This document shows positions 59,703-64,000 of a stretch of 64,000 bases of DNA, piece by piece. The notes beneath the pieces were generated by a model. It was given only the letters and a program-made list of their open reading frames with translations. It was not told the DNA's origin and did not search any database. The translations under genes were made by a program, and so were the position numbers. The stretch spans positions 16,892-80,891 of the forward strand of contig JBAWZD010000001.1 of NCBI GenBank assembly GCA_037143195.1, written 5' to 3'. Each line of letters opens with the position of its first letter. The stretch's first letter is position 1. Origin of the DNA: a bacterium. Lineage in GTDB: Bacteria; Patescibacteriota; Minisyncoccia; Phycocordibacterales; UBA9973.

Positions 59703-60683
59703 ATGAGTATAGCGAAACTACAAAAAAATTCGTTTTTCTTCATCGTTCTCTTTTTTTCGATGTTCGTTTTTTCGCATCAGGCCCGAGCGGCGAGTATTAC
59801 ATTTCAAACGTCATCGACGGTCGTGCACCAAGCACAAAATATTGCGATTGATGTCTTGCTTGATCCGCAAGGTCAAAATGTGAACACCGTCTCAGCGACT
59901 GTTTCAATTCCAACAGATCTTGATTATGTTGGTGTTGATGACAGCTCCTCGATTATTAGTTTGTGGGTTGATGAACCAAAGTTTGACAAGAAAACTCGTA
60001 CCATGACACTCTCAGGAATTATCCCTGGAGGATTTGCAGGATCGATTGATCCGTTTAATCCGTCTGAATACAAGGCGGGTATCCTCATTCGATTGTTACT
60101 CCGAGGCCGTACAGCAGGTTCAGGATTGTTTTCACTTCCTGATGTCGAAGCATATTTGAATGATGGTCTCGGCACACAGACCCATGTTTCATCTGGTTCG
60201 CTCCCACTCGTCGTCGATGAATTGTTGCAACCTGGATCGCTTGATTTCTTCCCAGACAACCAAGCTCCGCTTGAATTCCAGCCAGTTGTCGAACGTGATT
60301 TGCTCCTCTATGATAATCAACGCGTACTCATTTTCAATACCAAAGACAAAGGCTCAGGTATGGATCACTATGAGGTCAAAGAAGGGAATGCTTCATGGGT
60401 AGTCGCAGTAAGTCCATACCTCTTGAAAGATCAGGAGATGAAGGGAGATATTTTGGTGAAGGCGGTGGATCGTGATGGCAACGAACGTATCGAAGCTATT
60501 CCCGCAGCGAATCCGTTCAACAAATGGCAAATCGTTGGACTGTTTGTAGTGTTCATATTGCTTGTGGTGCTCACGATGATGCACCTGTCCCACCATATGC
60601 ACCATTCAATCAAGAAGCATATTGAGAAGAAAGAAACTGAAAAGGGTGGATCAGCCAAGGAGGACGTAATTCAGAAAGTATAG
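59703..60683 (+). CDS. Cohesin-like + Ig domain protein with C-terminal TM anchor
   Basis: Signal ending ARA; DV.LD..GQ.VN.V, S...LWV.EP, SG.IPGG, NDG.GT; D.GSG.DHYEV; TM; adjacent to the dockerin gene. Confidence 0.75.
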   Translation: MSIAKLQKNSFFFIVLFFSMFVFSHQARAASITFQTSSTVVHQAQNIAIDVLLDPQGQNVNTVSATVSIPTDLDYVGVDDSSSIISLWVDEPKFDKKTRTMTLSGIIPGGFAGSIDPFNPSEYKAGILIRLLLRGRTAGSGLFSLPDVEAYLNDGLGTQTHVSSGSLPLVVDELLQPGSLDFFPDNQAPLEFQPVVERDLLLYDNQRVLIFNTKDKGSGMDHYEVKEGNASWVVAVSPYLLKDQEMKGDILVKAVDRDGNERIEAIPAANPFNKWQIVGLFVVFILLVVLTMMHLSHHMHHSIKKHIEKKETEKGGSAKEDVIQKV

Positions 60684-60684
60684 T

Positions 60685-61599
60685 ATGCATATCGTAAACG
60701 CTATTTTGATTGTTCTCGGTCTCGCGATTTTTGAAATTGTCTCAAGTATCGACAATGCCGTCATCAATGCTGAAATTCTCGACACGATGAGTGCTCGTGG
60801 ACGCAAGTGGTTTATGCTTTGGGGATTTTTGTTTGCAGTCTTTGCGGTTCGTGGACTACTTCCATGGGTCATCATCTGGGCGACGAATCCTTCACTCGGA
60901 GCTGTTGGAGCGTTGACTGCAACGTTCTCAAACGATCCTCGCATCGCGGCTTCTATTGCACAATCAGCGCCACTCTTGCTCGCGGGCGGGGGAATATTTT
61001 TGGTATTTCTTTTCTTGCATTGGCTTTTCTTGGAACCAAAACAAATCGGTTTGCATCATGAACGATTCTTTTTGCGTCAGGGTGTGTGGTTTTACGGAGT
61101 CGCTGCGGTCATTCTCTCTATTGTCGTTTGGTATGGACTCAAAACAAATCCCATCATGGCGTTTGGAGCAGTCATTGGTTCCACTGCATTTTTCATCATG
61201 CATGGATTCAAAGAAAATGCCGAGCGCGCAGAAGAGAAACTCAAGAGCGGGGAGAGCAGTCGCTCTGATCTCTCAAAAATTTTGTACCTCGAAATTATTG
61301 ACGCATCGTTTTCTATCGACGGTATTTTGGGTGCATTCGCATTCACGCTCAGCGTGCCCTATATCTTGATTGGGAACGGAATCGGCGCCTTCGTCCTCCG
61401 CGAGCTCACCGTCAAAAATATCGACACCATCAAGAAATATGTCTTCCTCAAAAACGGCGCCATGTACGCCATCGGTGCACTCTCCATAATCATGCTCCTC
61501 GGCGCCTTCGGCCACGAAATCCCAGAATGGGTCTCACCTCTCGTCATGCTAGTAATTGTAGGTTATTTCTTCCATAAATCGAAAAAGGTAATTCGATAA
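60685..61599 (+). CDS. DUF475/TerC-related integral membrane protein
   Basis: FE..SSIDNAVINA, LYLEIIDASFSIDG..GAFA, L.NGA.Y. Confidence 0.85.
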   Translation: MHIVNAILIVLGLAIFEIVSSIDNAVINAEILDTMSARGRKWFMLWGFLFAVFAVRGLLPWVIIWATNPSLGAVGALTATFSNDPRIAASIAQSAPLLLAGGGIFLVFLFLHWLFLEPKQIGLHHERFFLRQGVWFYGVAAVILSIVVWYGLKTNPIMAFGAVIGSTAFFIMHGFKENAERAEEKLKSGESSRSDLSKILYLEIIDASFSIDGILGAFAFTLSVPYILIGNGIGAFVLRELTVKNIDTIKKYVFLKNGAMYAIGALSIIMLLGAFGHEIPEWVSPLVMLVIVGYFFHKSKKVIR

Positions 61600-61736
61600 A
61601 AAGTCGGGGAAAATTTTAAAAATGTACTTTGCGAAGCACCCGCGGAGCGCGACGGCGCGAGCGTGAGGCGAAATTTCTTCAGAAATTTACGCCGGTGCTT
61701 CGCAAAGTACATTTTTAAAATTTTCCCCGACTTTTT
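61598..61736. repeat. 139-bp element with perfect 43-bp terminal inverted repeats
   Basis: 61598-61640 is the exact reverse complement of 61694-61736. Confidence 0.92.
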
Positions 61737-61769
61737 GCCAAAAATACCCTTTGTATGTATAATCATTTC

Positions 61770-63296
61770 ATGGATACAATTCTCATCTTGGATTTCGGAG
61801 GTCAGTCGTGCCATCTTATTTCTCGCCGTTTGCGTGATTTTGGTGTCTACGCCGAAGTGCTCCCATCAGACTATTCTGCCAAACAAATCATGGCGCGTCC
61901 TGAAGTAAAGGGCGTCATTCTCTCGGGGGGTGCTCGTTCCGTCTATGAGAAGAACGCTCCCGAATTCGACAAGGCCATTTTCAATCTCGACATGCCACTT
62001 TTTGGTATTTGTTACGGTCACCAACTCCTCGCCAAACAGCTCGGCGGTACGGTAGAAAACGGCACAGTTGGTGAATATGGTCAGCAGACACTCGCCATCA
62101 CCAAGAAGACTGGACTCTTTGCAGGACTCTCAGCAAAAGAAAAAATCTGGATGAACCACAAAGATGTCGTTACAAAAATGCCTGAAGGATTTACGGTCAT
62201 CGGCAAGACATCACACTCGGCAATCGCTGCGTACGCATCAAAGGACAACAAACGCGTCGGTGTGCAATTCCACCCAGAAGTCAGTCACACCGATCACGGC
62301 ACCGAAATGCTCAAGAATTTCGCCGTGAACATTTGTAAGATCAAACCGACCTACACATCTGCAAACTTGCTCAAAGAAACAATCAAAGAAGCTAAAGATA
62401 CGATGGGTGACGAACGTGCCGTCATTGGTCTCTCGGGTGGAGTGGATTCATCTGTTGCCGCAGCGCTCGTCGCGCGTGCCATCGGCGAGAATCTCACTGC
62501 GGTCTATGTAGACACAGGACTCATGCGTGAAGGTGAGACCGACTATCTCCGCAAAGCATTTGGAGACAAAGGCCTCAAGCTCATCATCGTCGATGCAGCC
62601 AAAGAATATTTCACCGCACTCAAAGGTGTGACTGATCCAGAAACAAAGCGCAAAATCATTGGAACACTCTTCGTTCGTATTTTTGAACGCGAAGCAAAGA
62701 AGACGAAGGCACAGTGGCTCATCCAAGGTACGATTTATTCTGATCGCATCGAAAGTGGTCTCACGAAACATTCTGCAAACATCAAGAGTCACCACAACGT
62801 CGGAGGACTGCCAAAAGATTTGGGACTCAAACTCTATGAACCACTTCGTGATCTCTACAAAGACGAAGTACGCACACTCGCGAAGACACTCAAACTTCCA
62901 AAAGAAATCACCGACAGACAGGTCTTCCCAGGCCCAGGTCTTGCGATTCGTATCATTGGTGAAGTGACTCCAGAGCGTGCCGCTATCGTCCGTAAGGCAG
63001 GGCACATCATCGAGAGCGAGCTCATGCACACGAAACATTGGAAAGATATTTGGATGAGTTTTGCGGTATTCCTTCCGGTGCAGTCTGTCGGTATCTCAGG
63101 TGACGAACGTTCGTACAAGCATCCGCTCGTCCTTCGTATCGTTGAATCGCGCGATGCCATGAGTGCAAACTTTGCCAAGCTTCCGTACGAAATTCTTGAG
63201 ACCATCTCAACTCGTCTCACAAACGAAATCAAAGAAATCAACCGTGTCGTCTACGACATCACCAACAAACCACCAGCAACAATGGAGTGGGAATAG
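61770..63296 (+). CDS. guaA: GMP synthase (glutamine-hydrolysing)
   Basis: ILDFG, GICYG, QFHPEV, SGGVDS, IKSHHNVGG, FPGPGL, KPPATMEWE. Confidence 0.97.
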   Translation: MDTILILDFGGQSCHLISRRLRDFGVYAEVLPSDYSAKQIMARPEVKGVILSGGARSVYEKNAPEFDKAIFNLDMPLFGICYGHQLLAKQLGGTVENGTVGEYGQQTLAITKKTGLFAGLSAKEKIWMNHKDVVTKMPEGFTVIGKTSHSAIAAYASKDNKRVGVQFHPEVSHTDHGTEMLKNFAVNICKIKPTYTSANLLKETIKEAKDTMGDERAVIGLSGGVDSSVAAALVARAIGENLTAVYVDTGLMREGETDYLRKAFGDKGLKLIIVDAAKEYFTALKGVTDPETKRKIIGTLFVRIFEREAKKTKAQWLIQGTIYSDRIESGLTKHSANIKSHHNVGGLPKDLGLKLYEPLRDLYKDEVRTLAKTLKLPKEITDRQVFPGPGLAIRIIGEVTPERAAIVRKAGHIIESELMHTKHWKDIWMSFAVFLPVQSVGISGDERSYKHPLVLRIVESRDAMSANFAKLPYEILETISTRLTNEIKEINRVVYDITNKPPATMEWE

Positions 63297-63299
63297 AGC

Positions 63300-64000
63300 A
63301 TGAAAATCAATGACAATTATAGAGCAGTGACGAATCGAGACGTCGTCTCGACGTATTGGCACAGCCTCAAAAAACGAGCGTGGCTTTTCTATGTGTCGAT
63401 TGTCATGATTGTGCTTGCGTCGATAATGGAACTTACGTATCCAATCTTCTACAAAAAATTCTTCGACGTGCTTACGGTGAGTACACCAAACCCAATCACG
63501 GCGAATAGTCTTGTGCATATCATTGTGATTATTCTCGGAGCACATATCGTCGCATGGGTTGGGTGGCGTGTTTCGACATTCGCGACGATTCGATATCAAG
63601 TCGCAACGATGTCGGATATCAAAACGAACGCATTCGAATATATCGGAGGTCACTCACAAACATTTTTTGCCAATACCTTTATCGGATCGCTTGTTCAGCG
63701 TGTGAGTCGTGCTGCGAAGGCGTTTGAAACCATTTTTGATAATCTGAGTTGGAACCTTATTCCGCTCATTGTGCAGATCGTGGGATACACGATCGTGCTT
63801 TCGATCGAGAAGCCGTTGTTTGCGGTATTGATTGTCTCATGGGGTCTGTTGTTCATTGGATTCAATTTTTTCTTTGCGCGATATAAGATGAAATTTGATA
63901 TAAAGAAATCAGAAGCCGATTCTCGCACGACAGGCGCGCTCGCCGATGCGCTCACAAATCATACGACCATCAATCTTTTTACAGGAGATGATTTTGAAAA
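63300..64000 (+). CDS. ABC exporter, N-terminal transmembrane domain (partial, runs off the window)
   Basis: Open frame MKINDNYRAV...; multiple TMs; HSQTFFANTFIGSLVQRVSR; GALADALTNH. Confidence 0.85.
   Translation, partial: MKINDNYRAVTNRDVVSTYWHSLKKRAWLFYVSIVMIVLASIMELTYPIFYKKFFDVLTVSTPNPITANSLVHIIVIILGAHIVAWVGWRVSTFATIRYQVATMSDIKTNAFEYIGGHSQTFFANTFIGSLVQRVSRAAKAFETIFDNLSWNLIPLIVQIVGYTIVLSIEKPLFAVLIVSWGLLFIGFNFFFARYKMKFDIKKSEADSRTTGALADALTNHTTINLFTGDDFE

Noticed and set aside
47260-60683. Prophage or integrative element at tRNA-Ala
   Set aside because: No integrase, capsid, terminase or distal att repeat seen, and the locus lies on the 5' side of the tRNA.
61381-61736. Possible diversity-generating retroelement target (gene 3' end plus hairpin)
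   Set aside because: No reverse transcriptase or template repeat in the window; the bias is at third codon positions rather than adenine-specific, and the gene is a conserved membrane protein.
61663-61908. Short ORFs across the 43-bp inverted repeat
   Set aside because: They arise from the palindrome and overlap guaA; no coding features.
156-63296. Active TGA-to-Gly/Trp recoding (code 25 or 4)
   Set aside because: Conserved genes translate to full length under code 11 with no in-frame TGA.

Overview
This is a 64 kb bacterial chromosome fragment, most likely from Patescibacteria/CPR (Parcubacteria-like). That placement is inferred from the compact RpoB/UvrA/UvrC, an archaeal/eukaryotic-type ProRS, a Cys-rich orphan family, cohesin/dockerin surface proteins and the absence of Shine-Dalgarno signals. 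Core genes present: rpsP, khpA, typA, trmD, rpoB-rpoC-dnaG-rpoD, proA-proB-proC, rpsB-tsf, proS, mreBC, tgt, uvrB/uvrA/uvrC, guaA, tRNA-Thr(TGT) and tRNA-Ala(TGC). The most striking accessory region is 47.5-60.7 kb. It encodes a 2233-aa beta-solenoid surface protein, two secreted proteins sharing a C-terminal WxL/class-5-pilin-like domain, a membrane-anchored DUF916/chaperone-like protein, a dockerin protein with an N-terminal donor-strand-like peptide, and a membrane-anchored cohesin. I interpret this as a candidate usher-less, sortase-less, donor-strand pilus tethered by dockerin-cohesin, with the beta-solenoid apparently split across two genes. Other signals: no TGA stop in 49 complete genes, a recurrent leaderless-promoter geometry, a catalytically eroded Ddl homologue, and a perfect 43-bp inverted repeat. 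All family assignments come from visual motif recognition, not database searches.
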